A stretch of 64,000 nucleotides of DNA from Blasia pusilla (Eukaryota). Positions within the stretch are counted from its first letter, which is position 1. Each line of letters begins with the position of its first letter. Made by a program: the position numbers and the translations under genes. The notes beneath the pieces were generated by a model that was not told the origin of the DNA, searched no databases, and saw nothing but the letters and a program-made list of their open reading frames with translations. Location of the stretch: positions 37,076,001 to 37,140,000 of the forward strand of contig CM114271.1 in NCBI GenBank assembly GCA_050084515.1, given 5' to 3'. Positions 14,031 to 27,156 of this stretch are shown here, piece by piece.

Positions 14031-14130
14031 GAGAAGAGTTTGAAAATGGAAGGTGCACTCTCCAACAATAATGTAATTTATATATTATGTTATTATTGGA
14101 GAGTGCCCCTTCATTTTTCAAACTCCTCTC
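14031..14130. repeat. Imperfect ~100-bp palindrome with ~47-bp arms
   Basis: GAGAAGAGTTTGAAAATGGAAGGTGCACTCTCCAACAATAAT pairs with GTTATTATTGGAGAGTGCCCCTTCATTTTTCAAACTCCTCTC around a TA-rich centre. Confidence 0.85.
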
Positions 14131-17100
14131 CTTTTAACTCGTGGAGAGGCTTTTGCAGTGAATAGGATCGCTCACTTTTTAGGTCAAAAGGATCATTCAA
14201 AATTCATTTTAAATGGCATTTGAAAACTTTGAGAGTTAATTATATGAGGTAATTAAAATCCGTGTATCGCATACGCTTACACTTGTGTATAAATTATTGG
14301 AGAGTGCCCCCTTGATTTTCGAACACATGTCCTTTCAACCTCCGGCCCTCTTTATCGATAGGATTATCCGTCTGCACATCATATGAGCGTCCACTAGTCC
14401 ATCTTCTCATACTCGCAAGCCAAAGGCTCAAAGGATGCAAGATGTAACACTATAATATTTATGGAAGGCTTGCAACTTTCTTATTTTATTTTGAGCAAAA
14501 TCGACTTCTGGTTGAAAGAGGGCCTCCTTTGACCACTTGTATAGTAAGTATCGATAGCTTTTACTTATAGCAAGAATATACAAATGCCTTTGCTCTATTT
14601 CAGGTTTGTTTCATGACCTAGTGAATAGAGACCTCGACATATATTTATCTTAAATTTTATTTTTCAACTAAAGGAAGAAGTGAATATATAATAAACTTCA
14701 ATATGGAAAATGCCTCGCAGAGAACGATGCTCGATTAAACAATGATAAATAATTGCATCCAAGGATATGATTTTATTAATACAAGAGATGCTTTTATTCT
14801 CACGGAAGAGAAATGGAGAAACGTTTCTTTTGAAAGCTCTTTTTTACTTCTTATTGAAGTTTATTACATAAATTCTCTAGTGCACCTCCTCTAAAATACA
14901 ATTTTGATGATTGCAATATCTATGGATTGTTTGGAGGATTGAATTTTTTGATAGATCGTTTTGCAGATTATAAGTCTATAATCCAAAAACACTTTTTCGA
15001 CAAGGTGATTAAATTTTTTATGGAAAAAAATTTTGGAAGCATGTAAAATGCAAACTTACTATATCGTGCATTTCTCAATGGTTCACATACTAATATTCCA
15101 TTCCTACATCATCCCATAAGTATATTGTATATAGTATTTGGTGTTTATGCTATGCAGCTAGCCTCCTTAGGCCAATGGACTAGGAGAGGTACAACTAGAG
15201 GAAAAAATTAACAATGAGAAGATCTAGTTATACTTTCAATAGTAAAGTTTGGCAAGGAAAAGGAAAATCTAATTTCATGGATATAAGTTTATGCTATTCT
15301 TCATATTTTGCATTCTTTTACAGTGATTATCGCAAACATAAGGTCTTAGCCAAAGTTTGCCTCAACTATTTTCTAGCAATGAAATCTGGTCATATTTTTC
15401 AAACATCTCTCTATGGTGAATTCTTTTATCAGAGATTTTTAACATTTTTTAGCTGAAGATTTATTTAGTAAAAATTTAAAGTGATTTTTCCAATAGGGGT
15501 TCTCTTTGCATGGGAAACAAGTATAAAATATCTACCAATGGGTAATTTTGATTCTTGAATAACTAATCCGATTAAAAAAATAATTTGCGAAGCCTTTAGA
15601 TATATATCACAAATATCTCAAAGCTATTGTAATGTGCATAATTATTAAATGTATTGGTTATAATGGGTATTTCATTTCCTCGAGCCCATACATATTTTTT
15701 CTCAAAAAAATCCATTCAAAATAAGGCTCATTTTTTCAAGTTGTTCTTCAAAAAATTTTCACAAAGAGAAGTATGAACTTATAATCCCCTAGTCTAAAAA
15801 TTTTGATCATAATTTGGGGAGTTATTTTAACCAAAAAAAAAGGATTATTTTATTGTGGCCTGAAATGATAATGATATTGTATGATAAAGGTTTAGATACA
15901 ATATAAAAAATATATATCCCCATTTTTATAATTTTTTTCAAAAAAAATTGAAACATGATTTTAATTCAATTAGTAAGCTTTGGTTGTAACCCTACATTAT
16001 CTTGAACATTGAAGAGGGATTTTATCATGCACCCTATATATTCATGATGGGAAGTAATAAAGTATAAAAAATATATTTATATATTTTATATTTTGATTGA
16101 TGTCAAGTTAAATTAATTAAGCTAAATTAGACAAATTATTTAATTGAAGGGACTTAGACTTCACTTTCGCTAGATCTCACTATCAATTGTGTATTTTTCT
16201 TAGAGGGCATGAGGCCAAAGTTCTTAAATATTTTTAAGAACAGGATTATTGGAATCTGATAAAGTTTGAAAAGTACTTAATAAAATTTGATGCTAAGGGC
16301 AGAAAGAACTAGCAAAACGTTCTTTACAAGGAAAATGTTGGAAAATTTGAAATTTTCACTCCCTTGAAAACATATTGCAAAAATATCAAACGAGAAAAAA
16401 AAACTTTTGAGAAATTTTGGTTTGGTTAGAAAATGTATGTGCTAATTTATTGAAAGTGTTTAAGAAGATGTGGGGGTAATGTGGTTTGGATCCTTTTTTT
16501 TGCAATAGGAGATGTTTCTTTTGAATATAAGTCAACTCTTCCAATAGAGTACCATTGTTAAGCCAAGTCCAAGCAATATGATTACTTTTGAAAGAGTTCT
16601 TAGTTTAAAGCATGATTTTACTGAAAAATTACTCCCAAGATTTTTATATTTTCTTCTCTTAAGAGGACAAGGAAATTCAATGAGGAAGAGGGGAAGAAGG
16701 CAAGAAACGATAAAAGAAAATAGCAACAAAACAATACAAAAAGTAACTTGGCAAGCTACATAATTAATTAATTGAAATAAATCTAATATGTTAGAATGTG
16801 ATGGATAAAAAATGTACAATATATTATCCAATAGATAAAATCCATCTCACGACATAACTAGGTCAACTTGTCAACAATGGGTTGCTTATATCATAGAAAG
16901 TAGGATATGTAGTTTCTCTTGCCCAATGGTGTACCCTAAAACAAACCCAAAGATGTCATTACCTCATTGAACATATTGTGGTCCGTTGTTCTTTCATCAC
17001 CATTGTATGATTCAATTGGCCCCTCACTTGCATAATTAGGCATACCTAGTTATGCCTAGTGAAAATTGGAATGAGACTCACTAGTAATCCTCCTACACAA

Positions 17101-18988
17101 TGTAACTCCTTAAATATGATATACGAGAAACTATATTAAATGTGTTAGCCAATTTGACTTGAATCGTAACCCAATGTAGATGAATATCAAATGTAGAGAA
17201 AATCTCTTGAACAATTGCTTCACAACCACAAGGGATGACCATTCACACTAATACGGAAACAAATGAGCGTTGAAGTAGGAACATAACTATAAACAAAGAA
17301 ATAGATTAATAATGCAATATAATACATCTCATAAACCATATAGCCATATGAACCCTGTAATACATCTCCAATAGCCAAAAGATGAACATCACCAAAGGGC
17401 TTATTCATAACCAAAAAATCACAATCGCTAACACTCAACATACTAAAGATAGAGTACGACCAACAAAATATCAAAATATGTTCACTATAAAGAGAGATAA
17501 AGTCATATGTATAATTTTCTAAGAAACATAAATTTTGATCATACATGATAAATGTCGCATGAATAAATCATTCTACCAACATACATCATTTTTCATGCAC
17601 ACAATTCCAAGATCCATCTAATTGTGAATCATAACATATCTACACATGCACGACTAAACAACATCAATATAATGTACGAAATTGTTGAAATCTGCAATTA
17701 GCTATGCCTTATCTAAGCATTCACTCAATAACATACACTGCGGAAAAAATAAGAAATAGTCTACAATAAACTCTCAATATAGGCGATCTCAAATCAATCC
17801 TAATCCACTCTTCAAAAGAGAATCTAGGCTCGATATATGCAAGCTGTACTATATCACGAATTCTAACATCTGATCTAAGGAAGATGAACTCCGAACGAGC
17901 TTTATCCAAGGTATAACCCCTGGCACCTTCAGGGTAATCTCTACACACATGTAACGTCCTCCTAGTAGCTAAGTCACAAATAACCTAGAGTACATAAGGT
18001 ACTGACTCCGTTACAACTATATACATAGTGCTCTCATAAAATGAATCACTACTCAACTGTTAGCTAATCCTCGAACCCTATAGGCCTAAGTGACTCTATA
18101 TCAACTTCTCTAAGGTTGTCACTCCTCAAAAGGAAAGGGTGATCTACACTTGTTAGTCACCTCCTAAGAGTAGGTCACATATGAACTCTTAAAATAGGGA
18201 AATACAAGATCCCTCCAAGGACTCAATATTATCTTTTCCTACATTTCATTTACCATGACATAGCCCGCTTGCTAAAAAATGAGATAAAAAAAAGAAAAAA
18301 CCTCATAAAAACTTTGAAATGAAGCTCCAAGTCAAGATCCACTGGATAGTCTTCCACAAAGATGGTGAAGAGCTTCTAAGAATCCTATTGTGTCCACACT
18401 TTCAACTATAGGAGAACGAGGTCCTAATATATGCTTGGAATTCATGTGACAAGCCACTAACTTGCCCCAAAACTAAACCCCTTTTTCTTATTGAAGGACT
18501 CCCATGATTGGTACGTTTAATGGTATAAACTAATGATAAGGCTTCTATTTGAAGAAAATGCTATTTCTGAAGATTCTCCCAATCTTTGAACTTAAAGCGT
18601 TCAATATACAAGAAGGTTTTGCGTTGATTTGTTACACGTCCTCTTGAAGGGAAAACTAACACCTATTGGGGAACTAGTACTAAGAAGTATCAAGCATTGA
18701 AATTTATGGAGTTTTGTGCTTTTTAAGGGGAAAATAAGGCATTTTGGATGATGGGACAAAGAGTAATAGGAATACGTGCATAGAATCGAGGATGAGAGGG
18801 ACCTAAATGGAAAAAGCAAAGAGGATCAATTTGGCTTAATTACGTCGAAGAAAATGATGTGAGAATGGAAGTAATGGGCGTAAGGGGTTAAATATTGAAG
18901 GCATAGATAAACAAAATTGGTCATATCTTTTGATCGTTGTAGGTTTAAACTCCTTACTACAAGATATGCAACAAATCTTAGACACAAC

Positions 18989-19019
<31 letters not shown>

Positions 19020-19033
19020 GAATAAGAATAAGA
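18989..19033. repeat. (AAT)n / (AATAAG)n microsatellite
   Basis: Read directly. Confidence 0.9.
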
Positions 19034-21559
19034 AGGATCCCAAGGAGATAGGAGGGAAAATAAGGCAATGATTGAGGGCAATATGGGGATAAGTTAGTTG
19101 GGGGTGCAAGAGGTAAAGCGATAGAAAAGATGGGAATTGAAAGAAAGGGAAAGTGAGTTTACGATTGAAAATCACTTCAAAAAAGAGAAGAAGCAATTGA
19201 AACTAAGGAGAAAAAGAGGAAAAATCTACACGGTATCAAAATAATTGAGTGAAGAGTATGAATCTACAAAAGCCTTTGAGGTTACATAGTAAGCAAGCTA
19301 GAGCAAAATATTGAGGTGAAGTGTTGAAAATATTAAAAGAAAGATGTGTGAGAAGGAGAAAAAGGAATGGATATCAAATTTATCCATTCCTTTCATTTTT
19401 TTTGGGGAACATATTTCCATTTTTTGATACATTTAAAAAACATTTTCCTTTTTTCCTTGGAAATCAAGTCTTTTATTAAATTTAGGAAAATTCACAAAGA
19501 AAATTGGCTCATAAGAATTCCCCCCAAAAGTAAAACAATCATTTGAAGGCCTCTTTACAATTTAAATTGAATTAAAAATCTGAATATAACCATTATCACA
19601 CATAAAGTACACAAGTTTAACATTGAGTCGTCATCAAAATAGACTTAGCTCGAAAAGATAAATATAGTCTTAAAAATTGCACACAAAGATACCTTGCTCT
19701 TTTTTTTTTTACAAAATCTAGGAACCACCTTTTCATTGGGAATTTCTACACGAAGGAATCATTCTTTCACATCCACTCATGCTTATTAATTTGCATATCC
19801 ATCTCATGGTTTTTCAACATTATCCCATGAGTTACAAAAAGTGGAAATTCTAAATTTTCCTCACGATGAAAAGAATAAAAACCAAAACAACACACATGGA
19901 AAATTTCATCAAGAGTAGTAATAATAAAAATACGAAAAAAACCCTCAAGTTCCCAAATCACAACAAAACCAAAGAAAAAGGAAAGCAAAAGCAAAAGAAT
20001 ACAAAATAAAATGAACACACATAATACCCAAGAATATAAAACCCTGTACAAGCCTGAAAAAGCAAACACACACACACAAGAATACGTACGTTCATTGGGA
20101 TACTCTAAGAAATAATATAGTACCATATACGAAAGGTACAGGGTTTAGGGTTCGACACGACCAGCACTTTCGTATCCAAGGAACGCGTTCATCGAGATGG
20201 ACTCATTAAGGAGAAACGCGAATAGTAGTAGGAGGTATTATTAGAGTAGATGTTGGTATTAACTAACATCCACGCCTCCACTAAATGATTTCGGTCGTTT
20301 TGTGAATTTAAGCAATCGTATCTCTCTGGTCTCATTTTGTTTTGTTTTGGAGATGGAGTTGAGCCATTTCGAACAGACCCCCGTTTTTGAAGATTTTTTA
20401 TTTATTTATTACATAAATGGGTTGGGGTCGGTCACATCTTAAGATAGAAAAAGTATGACCTACCACCATTGAGGGTGAAAGAGCGAGGAAGGAAGCAGTG
20501 CTTCAAAAATAGCATCTGATCTCACCACACGTTATCGATTATATTGACTTATGTCCGTTGGCGTTGTTAAGCACATCCCTTTCCTGACTTGTCGTCCACC
20601 ATGGAATCCATCAGCAATCCCGTCAGGGAGCCTTAGAAAGTGGGTTTTAGTCGTTTGAGACTAGAGTGGATGCTTATCATCCAAATGAGGAAAGAGAGGA
20701 TAAATTTAGTGCACTCGTTTTGTTCCATGGGAGAACACAAATAGTTTGGGTTATTTGGGTTGTAAGAGATCCATCGAGTAGGTGACACCAATGGCCACAA
20801 GCATGAAGGGGGGCTCTCATGGGCATAGGAAGATGCGATCGATTTCAATGGGCTTTGATGGTGGGGAAAATATGGTGTCAGTTTCACTAGCCAGTTTTGG
20901 AAAGAATCCCTCTTCACATAAGGCTACACTTCGACCTTGAGCGAATGAGCTGCATATATGTTATGATTAACAATTCAAACTACTTAAACATCCACTCATG
21001 AGGACCTATTAGACACGCCTAAACATACATCCTCATGTTTTTTGCCATGCCATTGAGTTAGTTTTACAAGGGGTTGAGGACGAACAAGAGAATAAACAAT
21101 TTATTTATTGTTTCCATCCCTCATAACATGTAAAAGACTTTGACCATAACCCCAATGGGATACCTGTGTAGCCACCCCGTTTCGAGTTACAACAATTCAC
21201 TTGGGCAAGTTTGAGCCACTCAATGTTCCCACATTAAACACTTATTTTTCAGTGGGACACTATCAAAAAAATGTGGGCACCCACACATGCCAACGTGGAA
21301 TCTCATGATATGTTTACACAACTAGATAGAACGGTCTACAATTTCCGTTAGGTGTTTTTTTTGGGGGGTTTATAGGTTGAATAGGCGTCTCTGGACTATT
21401 TGTTCATAAGAGTGACATGCATGCTCTTCCAAGAAAAGAAGTTGTTTGTGTAAGCATCTCACCCTAATCTACAAAGCGTCAACAACACGAGATAGATATT
21501 GGTCCACAATGGGAGAAAAGGGCCCGGCGACGAGTTATCCGGCGACAAGCAGACTAAAC

Positions 21560-22049
21560 AACAGTGAATGGAAAAGGAGGAGATCAACGACCATGACCTC
21601 ACCGGTGAAGAAATCACGGCGACTGTTTCTGGCTAGGCCGTACGTGGAGCAGCGGCTCAGTTATGTCACTGTAAGGATCGTTACCCATTGTGTGAGTTAC
21701 CCCGTCATGCATCAGCCGCTCAACGATGTGACTGTAACGAGGATCCTCGCTACTGTAGCGTCACCACTGGAGCCGCTCAGGACGACACACTACTGTGGCG
21801 ATTCCCGAATTTCTGTACAGTGTGGACGGTCACTGTATGAAGGCTCGCGGCGGGGGGGGGAACCCAGCCCTAGGGAGTTAGTTACATCGCACACGCCACT
21901 GTATCGAACATGGATCCCACTCCGACAAGTTTCTCTTTTTCACCGTAAAGAGAGACCAACTCCTTACTTCTCAGTTGTTCGTCCGTTCTCAGCAGCACTG
22001 CGGAGAACTCTCGGTCGCGTCACTGTAAGCTGATGTCCTCGCTATAAAA
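21560..22049 (+). promoter_or_regulatory. Probable promoter of the 23111 gene: YACTGTW motif cluster plus TATA box
   Basis: TATAAAA at 22043-22049 followed by a GC-rich leader containing (CT)n; seven exact YACTGTW sites at 21560(-), 21667, 21751, 21816(-), 21831, 21897 and 22021. Confidence 0.55.
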
Positions 22050-23110
22050 GATTTCGGCCGTCCGCCCCGTCCGTGGGGCCCACGTCTGTGCTGCCCTCCA
22101 TCCCGCTCCCATGCTTCCCGGAGGCTTGATACCCCCGGTCTGCTCTGCACACCTGCCCAGAAGCTCAGCCGCTGAGCTCGCGAAGCAGTTCGGAGGGAGG
22201 GGTGGTCTTCGAGCTCTCTCTCTCTCTCTCTCTCTCGTGGTTCGTCGTCCGTTTCTTGTCGATGGAATAATTGACTGGAGTGATATATAAGGCGGAGACG
22301 GGGATGAGAGCACGGTTGGCAGGACGCAAGGAGTTGGATTGGTGCTGTTGTGTTGGGATTCAGTTGGAATCGGAATTATTTGTTCGTTTCCGCATCGTTC
22401 GCCAGTGATCGCTCCCCCACCCGCAGCGCAGGAGTGGGCCGCGAGCGAAGCGAGTGCTGCAGTCGTTGGAAAAGAAGCGGGAACTGGAAGCATCGCAGGT
22501 GCCTCGTTTGCGTTCCTGGTGCACTGCGGAGTTTTCAGCCGGGATATTTGTGTTCCACGTGGTGCGGCGTTCTGCTCCAGTTGCGGCATTTTCATTGTCT
22601 CACGGGGATCTCCTCAGCAGGCGTGGATGCTGAAAATCGGGGAGCACCACATTGTCTCGATATAGTTTCCATCGTGTCTACCGACCAAGTAGAGTCTCGC
22701 GGCCTCCTGCGCAGAGAGATTCTGTGAGGCGCTTTTGGATCTCTGGGCTGCTTCCGGGAGAGCTCGAGCCAGACGGTGAGGAGAGCCGCTCGTAAGGGCC
22801 GTTCTCTGATCAGGAGTGGGAGTTTTGAATTTCGTTCCCTACTCTTCAAGCGGCTTTCACCCCATTGCGCGGGACTTCGATCTCGGATTGCGAATCCGGG
22901 CTCTTTGGGAGAGGTGAAGAGGAGGGGGCGTGCTTTGGAAATGTGCAATTGTGTTCTGTCGAGTGACAGCGGACGAGTAATCCGGATGCTGCTGTAGCAA
23001 CGTGGATAAGCTGGAGGCTGGCTGGGAGATGAACGCCGGGTGCTCCTTCTGGACGTAATCTTCTCGCTCCGCGGAACTGTCATCCCGTGTCGATCCTCCG
23101 GTCCTTCACG

Positions 23111-23587
23111 ATGAATCCTCTCGTCAATTTGGCGAGTCCAGCAGCTCTCTCTGCCAAGGCTGATGACGATAATTTCTGCTCATCGAAGCTGGCGGACAGT
23201 CCGTCTTTCGCATCCGTCGGCAGTGGGCACTTCCAATCATTCCGCAGTGAGAACTCCTACACTTATGCGGACGTCGAAACAGAGCTTCTTCACCGCCCAA
23301 GAAGAGCGGACAACTACTACGGCATCCGACAAGAGTATTTACGTAGCTACACATTCACCAGGGAGCAGCCGAAACCTGAGAAGTTCAAGGATCGCGTGAA
23401 AAGACTCAAGGCCGTAGCCTGGGCGATCCTTTGCTGCAAGTACAAACCCGCTCAAGCTAGGGTATTGAGGGAGAAATTGTCGAGCAAAAGCGCCCGCTTC
23501 TTCCGCGAGAGCTCGGAGTATGTCTCCTCTTCATGCAGATTTAGCGTGCCCAGCTGTCTATGCCTGTCGAGTCTTGAAGTGGCTTAG
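23111..23587 (+). CDS. Plant-specific uncharacterised protein, 158 aa, with RQxYLRSYTF motif
   Basis: Intronless ORF MNPLVNLASP...GIRQEYLRSYTFTREQPKPEKFKDRVKRLKAVAW...; I recognise RQ-Y/F-LRSY-F followed by a basic helix as a motif of small land-plant proteins of unknown function; upstream TATA and CT-rich leader support a real gene. Confidence 0.75.
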   Translation: MNPLVNLASPAALSAKADDDNFCSSKLADSPSFASVGSGHFQSFRSENSYTYADVETELLHRPRRADNYYGIRQEYLRSYTFTREQPKPEKFKDRVKRLKAVAWAILCCKYKPAQARVLREKLSSKSARFFRESSEYVSSSCRFSVPSCLCLSSLEVA

Positions 23588-24599
23588 GATCTCGCGCGGC
23601 CACAACTGCGCTTGTTAACGGTTATCGACTCACCTTCTTGCATCACCACACTGCATGCGCGGGTTCGGATGCACCACGCAATGTGGCTATGCTGTTGATC
23701 CAGACGGGTGGCGTGCTCCAACGCCTCTACCACTGTGTTTGAAGAAAGTACGTCTCTACTGTTTTCCGCCTGCAGAATGCAACACTGCGCGACGTGCGAC
23801 TCGCCGGCCTGCTCGCTTCGGAAGTATACGTGTGTACATTCCCGCAGCTGTCCAATGTGCGCGCCAGGAACGGAACACTTTCTTTGCAGGTTTCCATTAG
23901 TGAATCGCCGGTCGGTTCTCACTGGAGAAACATCGATGGGTTTGGGTCGGGCAGTAGAAGGAGAGCTCTATTGTCGGGCGTACGCGATTGGTGATGAACT
24001 GAGAGTGAATGTATCACCTAGAGCGAGAGGCATTGTAGTCGGCGCGTGACGACCTCATGGTTTCCAGTCATCTGCGAATATCAGTGAATTGAGGAAATGA
24101 CATCTCAGGATTAGGAACCCGTGGATCGCTTCACTCTAGAGCAGCTTGTTTCTTTTAGTGTAAATTTGTACTTATTAATCGCAGACCTTCGGGAGTCTTG
24201 AGCTCGAGTAGGTCTCGCAATCTCGTCCCACTAGCGCCGTGTGTACTTGTATATGTAAATTCGTAAGTCATTAATCGCAAATTTCCTTCACTTGAATTCA
24301 TTGAAGTCTCCCGCATCCTCTTCACGGCTTTTCTAGTTTGCAGGGGAACATTACTGCTGCTTCGGTGGATGGCATGGGAGAAAATTTAAATGGAATGTAT
24401 CGTGTTCGCTTTATCGTTGGCACACAGTTCCCGATGGAGAACTGCAATGTCCCGCACTTCCTCACTTGAGCTGGACTGGACTGGACGTGTGTCCAGGAAA
24501 GGCCATACACAGTGACAATTGACTAGTTCAGAAAATCGTTGAGCTGTCAGGGTGATAGAGCATCCAAATGAGGAGAGTCCGATGAACACAGGGAAGTCG

Positions 24600-26200
24600 T
24601 TCACATTGCTGGTCTCTCACACATTTCTCTCATATCTGCGCATCGCTGTCTCCTTTCACGAGTCTCGAAGGAGATTAGATCATGTACCGTCAAACAGTTG
24701 AACAGAAGTGTACCACCGCTGCATGAGGGAAGCGGGGCCGTTTCGGAAATCGGTGCTCTTATCCTCCAGAAGAATTCGGACGAAGTACATTCTCTCACCG
24801 TCGAACCGTGTTTTCCCCTCTTCTCTTCTCCCGACTCTCGCCACCGGAGCTCTCCCTCCCGGTCTCCTCTCTCCGGCCCAACTTCCGGCGCTATATCTCG
24901 ATTCCGGTGACGACCTTCTTCCCTCCTCTCTCTCCTTGCGTCAGAGTCCTAAACCCCCCCCCGGCTTCATCACAACTCGGTGCGGTACTTTGCTTCTGGA
25001 AGAATTCGTCCATCCATCGAGATCCATCCATCCAGAGCGAGCCTCGCAGTCGCGACCCAAGGACGCCACCGCGTAGCGTCTCGCGGGCCACCAACTACTA
25101 ATAGCGAAGGTGGACCGGTCCAAACTCCGGATTCCGGCATCGCATGTGCTGTTGCCGTGCGCTCTATTACCTCTTACATAAAAAAGATGAAACGAGTGAT
25201 GGAAAACCCATCTGAATTACAAAAGAGGGGGACTCAAAAAGTCAAAACCTGAAGGCCACAACAGGACCAGAAAAGGAAGAAGGGGGCATTCCCCCCTAAC
25301 GACGAAACTCACCAACAGCAGAGACAATATCAGCAACAACAAGAGAGTTATGACTACTACTAAGTGGGCCTCTAGCGCCGGCGTCTCCCACAGTTTGAGC
25401 CCGCCGCAAAATCCCATTAGCCTGGGCACGCTGCAACGCTATGAAGACCCGCTGCCTACAATACAGAATCGCAGTAGCTAAGGACAACCCATTTCTCGAG
25501 TGGAGATGATGGGCGCAGTCCGTAAGGAACGAGTCGAACCTCTCCCCATAGCCCCATACATCTCTATGGCCAGGGGATGAAGATTTGTCCCTCGTGTAAT
25601 CGACTGTAGATATGTGTCTTCTTCGCCGCCGCTCCTTGTAGCATTCTGGGCCTTGTAGACTCGTACAGACCCACCGGTTCAATACCCGTCCTCGCGCTTT
25701 CAGTAGTAGTTCCCGGACCCGTCCCGCCCGCCGTCACCACGCTCACGGGGTACGTGGACTCTCCCGGTATGTTTCCTGCCCGCGTAGCGGCGTCAAAGCG
25801 TACAGGGCCTCCGCCATTAATAGCTCGCCACCGGAGCGAAAGCGCTCGCTTGCCGTCTTTCAAGTTTCCAAGTCCCAACAGACAAAGAGAGCGATGTCCC
25901 TGTGGGTACGAATCTCATCGTACAGTGCCCAGGCCTAGTATTTTCTTTCCACGGAAAATCGCTAGGGAGTACGACCCTCATCGTACACTGCCTACACCTA
26001 CGACGCTCTGTGTCTCGACTTTCGAGGAAATACTGGGGCAGGCAGGGCAGGCAGGGGGAAATTGGATGGAGCTCTGGAGTCCGGAGACGCGTTGGGGGGA
26101 TGTTGGACGGAGGGAGCGAAATGGATTGACAGGAAGCGTTCGTTCTCGGGTAGTCTGGATAAGGCTAGGCTTGGGTGGTGATTAATAAACATATCTTGAG
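24600..26200 (-). other. Possible spliced transcript without a long ORF (lncRNA or small-peptide gene); boundaries approximate
   Basis: GC-rich island, TATA-like run near 26226-26236, pyrimidine-rich leader on the - strand, and a canonical GTGAGT...CTTCAG intron with polypyrimidine tract at 25249-25312. Confidence 0.3.
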
Positions 26201-27118
26201 AGTTTAGAGGGAAGGAAAGGTGTACATATATATATTTTACTCCGTTAGCTTTTGTTGCGTTGGGGTCTTAAGAAAGAAAAAAGTTGCACGATTGTGGCCT
26301 TTTTTTTTTTTTTTTTTTTTCTATGATTAAAGATTGTTTTCCTATCTCATGACCTCAAATTTCTTTTATCCCAATTTATTGGGGAGCTTCACGAAGCTAC
26401 CGGGGAGAAAAATAACATGATCACATTTTATTGGATGGTGAAAAACGGATTATTCTGGCCTTTAACACATGTCACTTCTTGGATACACATGGCAATTAAA
26501 AACCTTTTCAAGCGTTTCTTTCACTTGCATTTGTGTGTGAAGCTTTTTGAAGCTTGACCAAACCTACTAGTTGTCTACTACTCCTTTAGATTTTAGCACC
26601 ATCCATCCAAATCCAAGAGAACTTTAGATGGAGGTCCACCTACAAATTTATCATATTTCATCTTAAAATAACAAGCTTAAAACCATGCGAGTACATGTGA
26701 AGTAGTCTCCCACTTGAAGAACTTACATAAAGATGCTGAACTAGCTAGAGGAAAATTTCATGCACAATTGCATTACATTCACACCCATAATTGTGCAATT
26801 TCAACCATTCCTCATAGCCACTTTTCATATGCGACAATTATACCTTATAGACCAATCAATGCACTATATTTGTTGAAAATGATATTGGCTGAAATGTGAT
26901 TCAATTTCAAACATCAAATCCCTACTAAGGTAAGCAATTTCTATCCAAAATTTTATCAACAAATTTTCGTTCAAGCAAGCACTTCATATCATAAATCAAC
27001 TTGAAAGTGTAAAACTTATTTAACTTATTAAACCCTTGAGGATACACACTCACATGCTAAACAAGGAGCTAGCTTGCATAAATAGACAAGTGAGAATGCC
27101 ATTAAGAGAAGGAAGGAT

Positions 27119-27121
<3 letters not shown>

Positions 27122-27152
<31 letters not shown>
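27122..27152. repeat. (CT)n microsatellite
   Basis: Read directly. Confidence 0.9.

Positions 27153-27156
<4 letters not shown>

Noticed and set aside
17700-19400. Possible old LTR starting TGTAACG at 17950
   Set aside because: No matching end, TSD, PBS or adjacent coding domain could be identified.
21446-23083. Long ORFs of 108-195 aa on both strands
   Set aside because: No recognisable motifs, several have non-ATG starts, and they are expected by chance in GC-rich promoter and leader DNA.
21600-26200. Conserved plant miRNA loci
   Set aside because: By eye I found no match to the conserved families I recall and no long fold-back; a novel miRNA cannot be excluded without folding software.
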